Below are positions 38,101-52,744 of a stretch of 64,000 nt of DNA, one piece after another. Both the position numbers and the translations under genes were made by a program. The notes under the pieces are model-generated. The model ran no database searches. It saw nothing but the letters and a program-made list of their open reading frames with translations, and was not told where the DNA came from. The stretch comes from Eledone cirrhosa (lineage: Eukaryota). The stretch spans positions 279,434,001 through 279,498,000 of the forward strand of contig OZ024741.1 in the NCBI GenBank assembly GCA_964016885.1. The letters run 5' to 3'. Position 1 is the first letter of the stretch; each line of letters opens with the position of its first letter.

Positions 38101-41100
38101 TACAGCCATGTCTCATGCAGTCCATGTCTGGTTTACACCATACTACTACAGCCATGTCTCATGTAGCCCATGTCTGGTTTACACCATACTACTACAGCCA
38201 TGTCTCATGTAGCCCATGTCTGGTTTACACCATACTACTACAGCCATGTCTCATGTAGCCCATGTCTGGTTTACACCATACTACTACAGCCATGTCTCAT
38301 GTAGCCCATGTCTGGTTTACACCATACTACTACAGCCATGTCTCATGTAGCCCATGTCTGGTTTACACCATACTACTACAGCCATGTCTCATGCAGCCCA
38401 GGTCTGGTTTACACCATACTACTACAGCCATGTCTCATGCAGCCCATGTCTGGTTTACACCATACTACTACAGCCATGTCTCATGTAGTCCATGTCTGGT
38501 TTACACCATACTACTACAGCCATGTCTCATGCAGTCCATGTCTGGTTTACACCATACTACTACAGCCATGTCTCATGCAGTCCATGTCTGGTTTACACCA
38601 TACTACTACAGCCATGTCTCATGCAGCCCAGGTCTGGTTTACACCATACTACTACAGCCATGTCTCATGTAGCCTAGGTCTGGTTTACACCATACTACTA
38701 CAGCCATGTCTCATGTAGCCCATGTCTGGTTTACACCATACTACTACAGCCATGTCTCATGTAGCCCATGTCTGGTTTACACCATACTACTACAGCCATG
38801 TCTCATGTAGCCCATGTCTGGTTTACACCATACTACTACAGCCATGTCTCATGCAGCCCAGGTCTGGTTTACACCATACTACTACAGTCATGTCTCATGT
38901 AGCCCAGGTTTGGTCTACACCATACTACTACAGCCATGTCTCATGTAGCCCATGTCTGGTTTACACCATACTACTACAGCCATGTCTCATGCAGTCCATG
39001 TCTGGTCTACACCATACTACTACAGTCATGTCTCATGTAGCCCAGGTTTGGTCTACACCATACTACTACAGCCATGTCTCATGTAGCCCAGGTCTGGTTT
39101 ACACCATACTACTACAGCCATGTCTCATGTAGCCCAGGTCTGGTTTACACCATACTACTACAGCCATGTCTCATGTAGCCCATGTCTGGTTTACACCATA
39201 CTACTACAGCCATGTCTCATGTAGCCCATGTCTGGTTTACACCATACTACTACAGCCATGTCTCATGTAGCCCATGTCTGGTTTACACCATACTACTACA
39301 GCCATGTCTCATGCAGCCTAGGTCTGGTTTACACCATACTACTACAGCCATGTCTCATGCAGCCTAGGTCTGGTTTACACCATACTACTACAGCCATGTC
39401 TCATGCAGTCCATGTCTGGTTTACACCATACTACTACAGCCATGTCTCATGTAGCCCATGTCTGGTTTACACCATACTACTACAGCCATGTCTCATGTAG
39501 CCCATGTCTGGTTTACACCATACTACTACAGCCATGTCTCATGTAGCCCATGTCTGGTTTACACCATACTACTACAGCCATGTCTCATGTAGCCCATGTC
39601 TGGTTTACACCATACTACTACAGCCATGTCTCATGTAGCCCATGTCTGGTTTACACCATACTACTACAGCCATGTCTCATGCAGTCCATGTCTGGTTTAC
39701 ACCATACTACTACAGCCATGTCTCATGCAGTCCATGTCTGGTTTACACCATACTACTACAGCCATGTCTCATGCAGTCCATGTCTGGTTTACACCATACT
39801 ACTACAGCCATGTCTCATGTAGCCCAGGTCTGGTTTACACCATACTACTACAGCCATGTCTCATGCAGCCCAGGTCTGGTTTACACCATACTACTACAGC
39901 CATGTCTCATGTAGCCTAGGTCTGGTTTACACCATACTACTACAGCCATGTCTCATGCAGTCCATGTCTGGTTTACACCATACTACTACAGCCATGTCTC
40001 ATGTAGCCCATGTCTGGTTTACACCGTACTACTACAGCCATGTCTCATGTAGCCCATGTCTGGTTTACACCATACTACTACAGCCATGTCTCATGTAGCC
40101 CATGTCTGGTTTACACCATACTACTACAGCCATGTCTCATGTAGCCCATGTCTGGTTTACACCATACTACTACAGCCATGTCTCATGTAGTCCATGTCTG
40201 GTTTACACCATACTACTACAGCCATGTCTCATGTAGCCTAGGTCTGGTTTACACCATACTACTACAGCCATGTCTCATGCAGTCCATGTCTGGTTTACAC
40301 CATACTACTACAGCCATGTCTCATGTAGCCCATGTCTGGTTTACACCATACTACTACAGCCATGTCTCATGTAGCCCATGTCTGGTTTACACCATACTAC
40401 TACAGGCATGTCTCATGCAGTCCATGTCTGGTTTACACCATACTACTACAGCCATGTCTCATGTAGCCCATGTCTGGTTTACACCATACTACTACAGCCA
40501 TGTCTCATGCAGCCCATGTCTGGTTTACACCATACTACTACAGCCATGTCTCATGTAGCCCATGTCTGGTTTACACCATACTACTACAGCCATGTCTCAT
40601 GCAGTCCATGTCTGGTTTACACCGTACTACTACAGCCATGTCTCATGCAGCCCATGTCTGGTTTACACCATACTACTACAGCCATGTCTCATGCAGTCCA
40701 TGTCTGGTTTACACCATACTACTACAGCCATGTCTCATGTAGCCCATGTCTGGTTTACACCATACTACTACAGCCATGTCTCATGCAGTCCATGTCTGGT
40801 TTACACCGTACTACTACAGCCATGTCTCATGCAGCCCAGGTCTGGTTTACACCATACTACTACAGCCATGTCTCATGCAGTCCATGTCTGGTTTACACCA
40901 TACTACTACAGCCATGTCTCATGCAGTCCATGTCTGGTTTACACCATACTACTACAGCCATGTCTCATGCAGCCCATGTCTGGTTTACACCATACTACTA
41001 CAGCCATGTCTCATGTAGCCCATGTCTGGTTTACACCATACTACTACAGCCATGTCTCATGCAGCCTAGGTCTGGTTTACACCATACTACTACAGCCATG

Positions 41101-44100
41101 TCTCATGTAGCCCATGTCTGGTTTACACCATACTACTACAGCCATGTCTCATGCAGTCCATGTCTGGTTTACACCGTACTACTACAGCCATGTCTCATGC
41201 AGCCCAGGTCTGGTTTACACCATACTACTACAGCCATGTCTCATGCAGTCCATGTCTGGTTTACACCATACTACTACAGCCATGTCTCATGCAGTCCATG
41301 TCTGGTTTACACCATACTACTACAGCCATGTCTCATGCAGCCCATGTCTGGTTTACACCATACTACTACAGCCATGTCTCATGTAGCCCATGTCTGGTTT
41401 ACACCATACTACTACAGCCATGTCTCATGCAGCCTAGGTCTGGTTTACACCATACTACTACAGCCATGTCTCATGTAGCCCATGTCTGGTTTACACCATA
41501 CTACTACAGCCATGTCTCATGCAGTCCATGTCTGGTTTACACCGTACTACTACAGCCATGTCTCATGTAGCCCATGTCTGGTTTACACCATACTACTACA
41601 GCCATGTCTCATGCAGCCTAGGTCTGGTTTACACCATACTACTACAGCCATGTCTCATGCAGTCCATGTCTGGTTTACACCATACTACTACAGTCATGTC
41701 TCATGCAGCCCAGGTCTGGTTTACACCATACTACTACAGCCATGTCTCATGCAGCCTAGGTCTGGTTTACACCATACTACTACAGCCATGTCTCATGCAG
41801 CCCAGGTCTGGTTTACACCATACTACTACAGCCATGTCTCATGCAGCCTAGGTCTGGTTTACACCATACTACTACAGCCATGTCTCATGTAGTCCATGTC
41901 TGGTTTACACCATACTACTACAGCCATGTCTCATGTAGCCCATGTCTGGTTTACACCATACTACTACAGCCATGTCTCATGCAGTCCATGTCTGGTTTAC
42001 ACCATACTACTACAGCCATGTCTCATGTAGCCCATGTCTGGTTTACACCATACTACTACAGCCATGTCTCATGCAGCCCATGTCTGGTTTACACCATACT
42101 ACTACAGCCATGTCTCATGTAGCCCATGTCTGGTTTACACCATACTACTACAGCCATGTCTCATGTAGCCCATGTCTGGTTTACACCATACTACTACAGC
42201 CATGTCTCATGCAGCCCATGTCTGGTTTACACCATACTACTACAGCCATGTCTCATGTAGCCCATGTCTGGTTTACACCATACTACTACAGCCATGTCTC
42301 ATGTAGCCCAGGTCTGGTTTACACCATACTACTACAGCCATGTCTCATGCAGCCCATGTCTGGTTTACACCATACTACTACAGCCATGTCTCATGCAGTC
42401 CATGTCTGGTTTACACCATACTACTACAGCCATGTCTCATGTAGCCCAGGTCTGGTTTACACCATACTACTACAGCCATGTCTCATGCAGTCCATGTCTG
42501 GTTTACACCATACTACTACAGCCATGTCTCATGTAGCCCATGTCTGGTTTACACCATACTACTACAGCCATGTCTCATGCAGTCTATGTCTGGTTTACAC
42601 CATACTACTACAGCCATGTCTCATGTAGCCCATGTCTGGTTTACACCATACTACTACGGCCATGTCTCATGTAGCCCATGTCTGGTTTACACCATACTAC
42701 TACAGCCATGTCTCATGTAGCCCAGGTCTGGTTTACACCATACTACTACAGCCATGTCTCATGTAGCCCAGGTCTGGTTTACACCATACTACTACAGCCA
42801 TGTCTCATGTAGCCCAGGTCTGGTTTACACCATACTACTACAGCCATGTCTCATGTAGCCCATGTCTGGTTTACACCATACTACTACAGCCATGTCTCAT
42901 GTAGCCCAGGTCTGGTTTACACCATACTACTACAGCCATGTCTCATGTAGCCCAGGTCTGGTTTACACCATACTACTACAGCCATGTCTCATGTAGCCCA
43001 TGTCTGGTTTACACCATACTACTACAGCCATGTCTCATGTAGCCCATGTCTGGTTTACACCATACTACTACAGTCATGTCTCATGCAGCCCATGTCTGGT
43101 TTACACCATACTACTACAGCCATGTCTCATGTAGCCCATGTCTGGTTTACACCATACTACTACAGTCATGTCTCATGCAGCCCATGTCTGGTTTACACCA
43201 TACTACTACAGCCATGTCTCATGTAGCCCATGTCTGGTTTACACCATACTACTACAGTCATGTCTCATGCAGCCCATGTCTGGTTTACACCATACTACTA
43301 CAGCCATGTCTCATGTAGTCCATGTCTGGTTTACACCATACTACTACAGCCATGTCTCATGTAGCCCATGTCTGGTTTACACCATACTACTACAGCCATG
43401 TCTCATGTAGCCCATGTCTGGTTTACACCATACTACTACAGCCATGTCTCATGTAGCCCATGTCTGGTTTACACCATACTACTACAGTCATGTCTCATGC
43501 AGCCCATGTCTGGTTTACACCATACTACTACAGCCATGTCTCATGTAGTCCATGTCTGGTTTACACCATACTACTACAGCCATGTCTCATGTAGCCCATG
43601 TCTGGTTTACACCATACTACTACAGCCATGTCTCATGTAGCCCATGTCTGGTTTACACCATACTACTACAGCCATGTCTCATGTAGCCCATGTCTGGTTT
43701 ACACCATACTACTACAGCCATGTCTCATGTAGCCCATGTCTGGTTTACACCATACTACTACAGCCATGTCTCATGCAGTCCATGTCTGGTTTACACCATA
43801 CTACTACAGCCATGTCTCATGCAGTCCATGTCTGGTTTACACCATACTACTACAGCCATGTCTCATGCAGTCCATGTCTGGTTTACACCATACTACTACA
43901 GCCATGTCTCATGTAGCCCATGTCTGGTTTACACCATACTACTACAGCCATGTCTCATGCAGTCTATGTCTGGTTTACACCATACTACTACAGCCATGTC
44001 TCATGTAGCCCATGTCTGGTTTACACCATACTACTACGGCCATGTCTCATGTAGCCCATGTCTGGTTTACACCATACTACTACAGCCATGTCTCATGTAG

Positions 44101-47100
44101 CCCAGGTCTGGTTTACACCATACTACTACAGCCATGTCTCATGTAGCCCAGGTCTGGTTTACACCATACTACTACAGCCATGTCTCATGTAGCCCAGGTC
44201 TGGTTTACACCATACTACTACAGCCATGTCTCATGTAGCCCATGTCTGGTTTACACCATACTACTACAGCCATGTCTCATGTAGCCCAGGTCTGGTTTAC
44301 ACCATACTACTACAGCCATGTCTCATGTAGCCCAGGTCTGGTTTACACCATACTACTACAGCCATGTCTCATGTAGCCCATGTCTGGTTTACACCATACT
44401 ACTACAGCCATGTCTCATGTAGTCCATGTCTGGTTTACACCATACTACTACAGCCATGTCTCATGTAGCCCATGTCTGGTTTACACCATACTACTACAGC
44501 CATGTCTCATGCAGTCCAGGTTTGGTTTACACCATACTACTACAGCCATGTCTCATGTAGCCCAGGTTTGGTTTACACCATACTACTACAGCCATGTCTC
44601 ATGCAGTCCATGTCTGGTTTACACCATACTACTACAGCCATGTCTCATGCAGTCCATGTCTGGTTTACACCATACTACTACAGCCATGTCTCATGTAGCC
44701 CATGTCTGGTTTACACCATACTACTACAGCCATGTCTCATGCAGTCTATGTCTGGTTTACACCATACTACTACAGCCATGTCTCATGTAGCCCATGTCTG
44801 GTTTACACCATACTACTACGGCCATGTCTCATGTAGCCCATGTCTGGTTTACACCATACTACTACAGCCATGTCTCATGTAGCCCAGGTCTGGTTTACAC
44901 CATACTACTACAGCCATGTCTCATGTAGCCCAGGTCTGGTTTACACCATACTACTACAGCCATGTCTCATGTAGCCCAGGTCTGGTTTACACCATACTAC
45001 TACAGCCATGTCTCATGTAGCCCATGTCTGGTTTACACCATACTACTACAGCCATGTCTCATGTAGCCCAGGTCTGGTTTACACCATACTACTACAGCCA
45101 TGTCTCATGTAGCCCAGGTCTGGTTTACACCATACTACTACAGCCATGTCTCATGTAGCCCATGTCTGGTTTACACCATACTACTACAGCCATGTCTCAT
45201 GTAGTCCATGTCTGGTTTACACCATACTACTACAGCCATGTCTCATGTAGCCCATGTCTGGTTTACACCATACTACTACAGCCATGTCTCATGCAGTCCA
45301 GGTTTGGTTTACACCATACTACTACAGCCATGTCTCATGTAGCCCAGGTTTGGTTTACACCATACTACTACAGCCATGTCTCATGTAGCCCATGTCTGGT
45401 TTACACCATACTACTACAGCCATGTCTCATGTAGCCCAGGTTTGGTTTACACCATACTACTACAGCCATGTCTCATGTAGCCCATGTCTGGTTTACACCA
45501 TACTACTACAGCCATGTCTCATGCAGTCCATGTCTGGTTTACACCATACTACTACAGCCATGTCTCATGTAGCCCATGTCTGGTTTACACCATACTACTA
45601 CAGCCATGTCTCATGTAGCCCATGTCTGGTTTACACCATACTACTACAGCCATGTCTCATGTAGCCCAGGTCTGGTTTACACCATACTACTACAGCCATG
45701 TCTCATGTAGCCCAGGTTTGGTTTACACCATACTACTACAGCCATGTCTCATGCAGTCCATGTCTGGTTTACACCATACTACTACAGCCATGTCTCATGT
45801 AGTCCATGTCTGGTTTACACCATACTACTACAGCCATGTCTCATGTAGTCCATGTCTGGTTTACACCATACTACTACAGCCATGTCTCATGTAGTCCATG
45901 TCTGGTTTACACCATACTACTACAGCCATGTCTCATGTAGTCCATGTCTGGTTTACACCATACTACTACAGCCATGTCTCATGTAGCCCATGTCTGGTTT
46001 ACACCATACTACTACAGCCATGTCTCATGCAGTCCATGTCTGGTTTACACCATACTACTACAGCCATGTCTCATGTAGTCCATGTCTGGTTTACACCATA
46101 CTACTACAGCCATGTCTCATGTAGCCCATGTCTGGTTTACACCATACTACTACAGCCATGTCTCATGTAGTCCATGTCTGGTTTACACCATACTACTACA
46201 GCCATGTCTCATGTAGTCCATGTCTGGTTTACACCATACTACTACAGCCATGTCTCATGTAGTCCATGTCTGGTTTACACCATACTACTACAGCCATGTC
46301 TCATGCAGCCCAGGTTTGGTTTACACCATACTACTACAGCCATGTCTCATGTAGCCCATGTCTGGTTTACACCATACTACTACAGCCATGTCTCATGTAG
46401 CCCATGTCTGGTTTACACCATACTACTACAGCCATGTCTCATGTAGCCCAGGTTTGGTTTACACCATACTACTACAGCCATGTCTCATGTAGCCCATGTC
46501 TGGTTTACACCATACTACTACAGCCATGTCTCATGTAGCCCATGTCTGGTTTACACCATACTACTACAGCCATGTCTCATGTAGCCCAGGTTTGGTTTAC
46601 ACCATACTACTACAGCCATGTCTCATGTAGCCCATGTCTGGTTTACACCATACTACTACAGCCATGTCTCATGTAGCCCATGTCTGGTTTACACCATACT
46701 ACTACAGCCATGTCTCATGTAGCCCATGTCTGGTTTACACCATACTACTACAGCCATGTCTCATGTAGCCCATGTCTGGTTTACACCATACTACTACAGC
46801 CATGTCTCATGTAGCCCATGTCTGGTTTACACCATACTACTACAGCCATGTCTCATGTAGCCTAGGTCTGGTTTACACCATACTACTACAGCCATGTCTC
46901 ATGTAGCCCATGTCTGGTTTACACCATACTACTACAGCCATGTCTCATGTAGCCCAGGTCTGGTTTACACCATACTACTACAGCCATGTCTCATGTAGCC
47001 CATGTCTGGTTTACACCATACTACTACAGCCATGTCTCATGTAGCCCATGTCTGGTTTACACCATACTACTACAGCCATGTCTCATGCAGTCCATGTCTG

Positions 47101-48431
47101 GTTTACACCATACTACTACAGCCATGTCTCATGTAGCCCAGGTCTGGTTTACACCATACTACTACAGCCATGTCTCATGTAGCCCATGTCTGGTTTACAC
47201 CATACTACTACAGCCATGTCTCATGTAGCCCATGTCTGGTTTACACCATACTACTACAGCCATGTCTCATGTAGCCCAGGTTTGGTTTACACCATACTAC
47301 TACAGCCATGTCTCATGTAGCCCATGTCTGGTTTACACCATACTACTACAGCCATGTCTCATGTAGCCCATGTCTGGTTTACACCATACTACTACAGCCA
47401 TGTCTCATGTAGCCCATGTCTGGTTTACACCATACTACTACAGCCATGTCTCATGTAGCCCATGTCTGGTTTACACCATACTACTACAGCCATGTCTCAT
47501 GTAGCCCAGGTTTGGTTTACACCATACTACTACAGCCATGTCTCATGTAGCCCATGTCTGGTTTACACCATACTACTACAGCCATGTCTCATGCAGCCCA
47601 GGTTTGGTTTACACCATACTACTACAGCCATGTCATGTAGTCCATGTCTGGTTTACACCATACTACTACAGCCATGTCTCATGTAGTCCATGTCTGGTTT
47701 ACACCATACTACTACAGCCATGTCTCATGCAGCCCAGGTTTGGTTTACACCATACTACTACAGCCATGTCTCATGCAGCCTATGTCTGGTTTACACCATA
47801 CTACTACAGCCATGTCTCATGTAGCCCATGTCTGGTTTACACCATACTACTACAGCCATGTCTCATGCAGTCCAGGTTTGGTTTACACCATACTACTACA
47901 GCCATGTCTCATGCAGCCCATGTCTGGTTTACACCATACTACTACAGCCATGTCTCATGCAGCCCAGGTTTGGTTTACACCATACTACTACAGCCATGTC
48001 TCATGTAGTCCATGTCTGGTTTACAACATACTACTACAGCCATGTCTCATGCAGCCTATGTCTGGTTTACACCATACTACTACAGCCATGTCTCATGCAG
48101 CCCAGGTCTGGTTTACACCATACTACTACAGCCATGTCTCATGCAGCCTATGTCTGGTTTACACCATACTACTACAGCCATGTCTCATGTAGCCCATGTC
48201 TGGTTTACACCATACTACTACAGCCATGTCTCATGCAGTCCAGGTTTGGTTTACACCATACTACTACAGCCATGTCTCATGCAGCCCATGTCTGGTTTAC
48301 ACCATACTACTACAGCCATGTCTCATGCAGCCCAGGTTTGGTTTACACCATACTACTACTGCAGTCATATCTCACGCAGCCCAGGTTTGGTTTACACCAT
48401 ACTACTACTGCAGTCATATCTCACGCAGCCC
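26111..48431. repeat. 46-bp minisatellite/satellite array, ~485 copies (~22.3 kb), inside LST2 intron 24035-49634
   Basis: Consensus ccatgtctggtttacaccatactactacagccatgtctcatgtagc; highly homogeneous with a few recurring variant sites. Copy number is estimated from length/46. Confidence 0.99.
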
Positions 48432-49634
48432 ACTGTTCATAACAGGCTGCCCATGCTTTAACACTATACTAATACCACAGCCATTGTTACACCCTTTAGT
48501 AAGGCCCATAACTCTGTAAAGACTCAGTATTTGTCTCATTGATAACTGATTCTACTATTATTTCACAGTAAGATGTCACCTAGGGTGTTTGCACGAGTGT
48601 AAAATAGTGTTTTGAAAATTAAATAAACCAATATTTTTTTAAGATGTATTTTTAACCCTTGATGATTTAGCAGAAAATGTTTAAAAACAGGTTTGTTAAT
48701 TCAAATGTTTATAATAACTTTACAAATTGTTATGGAAATTTGTAATAAACGAAAGCCTTGAATTTTTAATGTGATGCAGTCATAGTGCTGTTACGTACTT
48801 TTCAAGAATATCTTACTAAAGGAGTAGTATGGAGAGAAATTACAACGATAGCCTACTTGAAGATATCTGAGTGAATAGCATGGGAGAGTTCAGAATGTTG
48901 ATGATGGACAGAGATCTTTGGAGTGTATGTTAAGAGTTAAAGAAAACGAGGCAACACAAACTACTTATTACTAGCAGCTATATTACAAAAGTCTGGAGTG
49001 ATGGATTCGTTTTAGCTACATGCCTGGAAAATAATATTTAATAAACCCCTTTAAAGCTTCTATTAACTGCCATTAAGTTGTGTAGGGTATAACAAAAAAA
49101 TAAATAAATAAACAGACAGTGCAAATAAGACATGATAGATATCTTAACTAACAAACACTCATTTGTTAATGTTGACACTTTGGATAGCAACTTACCTGAG
49201 ACTACCTCTGGTTTTATGAAACAAAAGCCATATATATTTAAAATGTTCCTAACAATATTGAAACCTACCATAATAATTTTTTTTTTTTTTTTAAGATCCT
49301 CCTTGTTAGGTTATGTTCCAAACATTATTATTATCATCATCAACATTTTTACATTAACTTTTCCATGCTGGCATGAGTTGAATGGGACTTTCTGATGTCA
49401 TGTTTAACAGCTGGATGCCCTTCTTAATTCCTAACACCAACTCTTTTAGTCACTTCTTACAACCAGCAGGGATATTCTAAACTGATATGTGTATCCAGTT
49501 TAGAATACATACAAAATGAATTTAATCACCCACCACCCCAATTTTTTTTTTTTATATTTTCAAAATTAAATGTACCACATGCAGTATACTTCAGTAGTAA
49601 TATGGTCACGAAAGATTCAAAGGATTTCACTCAC

Positions 49635-49724
49635 CTATGCACAGTTTCGGAAAACAAAACTGTCACCTCTTGCAATATATCATATTCTTTCATAGTCTTT
49701 ACAGGAACCATGGCACTGACATAA
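49635..49724 (-). CDS. ZFYVE28: LST2 exon
   Basis: (S)[29 protein letters not shown](R); ttacag/gtgagt junctions; in phase with exon 23945-24034. Confidence 0.94.
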
Positions 49725-51034
49725 CTGTAACAAAAAACAATTTAGAAAATAAATGATTGTATCATTACACAAAATAAATGATGATGTCTTTCAATATATG
49801 TGTGTTTACATAAATTGATCATTAGATCATATGAGATAAAAACCAAAAGTTTTTCAATGCAACTATTCTCCACTATAGTGTCACTTGTACAATATAGTTT
49901 TAACCCATGAATAAGCAATTGAATGAATCTAACAGAATGGAAATACATGACCGTTTTAAGTTATAACTTCCCCCATCTAATTTACATCATTTCAATAATG
50001 TCTGTATTTACACATATCTATGTATATTTAGGGGTATATAAGGAGTTTTGGGTATTTATCATGTTAAGAGAGAAAGTTTATAATTTTTATATATGTGTAT
50101 CAACACGTACACCCCCCACAGCATTACTTCAAAATAAAAACGCAGTTAATTATTTTTTTTTTTTTTATTTCTGAATGCAACAGGCTTTTTTTTGCACCCT
50201 TTCCCTTCAACTTGTTATCTAATAATTTACCGAAAAAGTGATTTACATCAGAAATCAGTCACCACTACCCTGTCCCCCTAACACACACACACATCTCAAT
50301 TATTTCAATCAAACAACATCTGAAAGCAAACTATCTGTGATATGTTAAGTAGAGAAAGCCAAAGGGCTAAATTAACAACATGATAGTTAAAATATTTAAA
50401 ACATTAACCAGTGCTGATTGCCTGTGGCTGGGTACTTACTGAACTAATAGAGTTACAAAGAACAAAACTAAAACAAAACACACCTTACTAATTTGGTCAA
50501 CAAAATTACAACCTTTCTTCTGTACAGTGTATAGTTGGCAGCAAAATAAAACACCACTTGAGATACATTACTTGGGGGTTGGGGGTGCAGTGATGGGTGT
50601 GTGGCTGATATAAAAATCCTCCAAATGAACTGTACTAACAAGTCCAGTTAGTAATTAAATACTAAGTTTACTTTGTATCTAGTGTGGTAAGTGGAGAGGA
50701 ACACAGCAGTTCTTTATAGGATGGTGAAAAATAATTAAAATAAATAAATATACAAATAAAATATACTAATGTTGAATGTTAGAACAAACCAAAAATAAGC
50801 AATAAAAACAAATATAAACTTATAAAAAGAAAAACGAATCAGAATGAAAAGCAAAATTTCCTGGTTAGGTTACAAGGTATAGTTAATCTGACATAGGAGC
50901 TAATTATGCATGACTTGTGAATTAGTCATCTTGTAGTCTTAATGAGAGATCTGAAAATAACACAGAATCTGCAACATCATCATGGACACATCAATTTCAA
51001 AACATTTCAACTGCCTTCAAAAGAAAATGTTTCT

Positions 51035-51420
51035 TCTTTGCCCGCTTATTCATGAGAGGGTCATGGGGGCAGAGTCCCCAAACACTTCTTCCAGCAGGTT
51101 CTGTCAGAAGCAACTGTTTCCAATTGTTCTGGCTGGATCACCAAGCAAGATCAGCTGATTCTTCTCCAAGACATTCTAACCACATGCCCATAGTATTAGA
51201 GCTGTGATTTCTCAATTCAGAGAAGTGGTGGTTCTACTTGGAGCGACTTTTCGAGCTATAAACACTATTGAGTAACGTTACCCCAAAGACCCTTTGGAAG
51301 AACCCCAAGTGAAGTCAACCAAACTCATGGATGTTATCCAACCATCTTCTGCCTGTTGATTTTGCTCATAAAACCTGTCCAGTGATTCTTTCAGAAAGAA
51401 AATACTAACATTTCCAAATG
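51035..51420 (-). mobile_element. Degenerate RTE-like LINE 3' fragment
   Basis: Similar to 53750-54150. Confidence 0.6.
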
Positions 51421-51639
51421 TAGGTGATCAGATGGTATCATTGATCGGTTGAGACTTCACTTTATCCTGTTGTTGTTGTTGTTGTGGACACATCGTGGAC
51501 AAATTAAGAAGTTTCACTTTGCAATCATTTGGTCCTGAGTTTGAACATGTTGGGTAACTGTCATTTACCATAGCCAAGGGCAAACCCATGCAGTTTGAGT
51601 GGAATTGAGTAGATAGATGCTGTTTAAGTTTAATTCTCA

Positions 51640-52000
51640 CCATGGCCTAATGGTTAGCATGTTAGACTTATGACCATAATGTCATTGGTTGGATTCCTGG
51701 AGAGGGTGTTGTGATGTTCTTGAGCAAAACACTTTATTTCACTCAATATGAGTGTGTACCAGCAGTAGCAGGGGAGTTAATCCTGCAATAGACCGCCATC
51801 CTGTCCAGGGTGAGTCTTGTACTTTCTGTCACTTAATGCCAAGGAAACTGGGGATACTACCAGTCTGATTAGCCTCTGGGCTTGAGATAGACTTTAACCC
51901 TACAATGGACTGCCATCCTGTCCAGAAAGAGTCTTGTACTCTCAGTTACTTAATACCAAAGAAACCAAGGATATACACTGGCACAATGAGCCTTCGATTT
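51640..52000 (+). mobile_element. SINE family D copy with internal duplication
   Basis: tggcctaatggttagc..ggattcctgg..ttgagcaaaacactttatttcac; the block ccatcctgtccag..gagtcttgtact occurs twice. Confidence 0.7.
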
Positions 52001-52532
52001 AGAACTGATTTTATGCAGAGAAATATGTCAGGATTAGGTTGAAGCTCTTTGGGTCTCACTGCATGGAATCACATCCTGATATTAACAACACATTAAGGCA
52101 TCCATAAATTTTTAAAACCAAACTCGCCCCTCTCCTCCCTCTACCTCCATTTTCCCTGTTATATTAACACAAACAAATACATGGCATCTAATTACACATC
52201 AGACAAGCTCATTTACACACTAACAGCTCACATATGTACAAATATTTAGTCATACGAAGGTGAACACACACATGTCTTGCACACACCTGCTCTTATATAC
52301 AAATACACACAAACACATTATCCTCCTTTGTAACACACACCCTTATACCCCTCTCTTTCCCTCCCCCCATATTCCTACTTTCTGTAGATATTCTCTTAAA
52401 TGTCAAGAAGCAAGGTTCAATGTTAAGAACTTGTTAATATTTTTGTGTTTATATCATATCATTATTGAAACCACAGCTTGACACAAAGTTCAAACTACTA
52501 CATGTGTCGTCTAGTGTATATGTATCTATACA

Positions 52533-52534
<2 letters not shown>

Positions 52535-52576
<42 letters not shown>

Positions 52577-52652
52577 TGTGTCTGTGTCTGTGTGTGTGTG
52601 TCTCTGTGTGTCTGTGTGTGTGTGTGTGTGTGTGCGTGTGTGTCTGTCTGTC

Positions 52653-52685
<33 letters not shown>

Positions 52686-52690
52686 TTATA
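52535..52690. repeat. Compound (TG)n/(TCTG)n/(TA)n microsatellite
   Basis: Seen directly. Confidence 0.95.
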
Positions 52691-52744
52691 TTCATGTGCT
52701 GGTGTGTATATATTTATATCCATGTGTGGGTGGGTGTATATTCT

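Noticed and set aside
26111-48431. CRISPR-like array
   Set aside because: There are no unique spacers and no cas genes; it is a contiguous tandem repeat in eukaryotic DNA.
26111-48431. Arrayed p53 half-sites (agccatgtct) or forkhead sites (gtaaacc)
   Set aside because: Each deviates from consensus and there is no supporting evidence.
26046-48519. Over 100 His/Thr/Tyr-rich ORFs (MSGLHHTTTAMSH..)
   Set aside because: They are translations of the 46-bp repeat cycling through all three frames. ORF length depends only on a TAG/CAG variant, and they are antisense within an intron.
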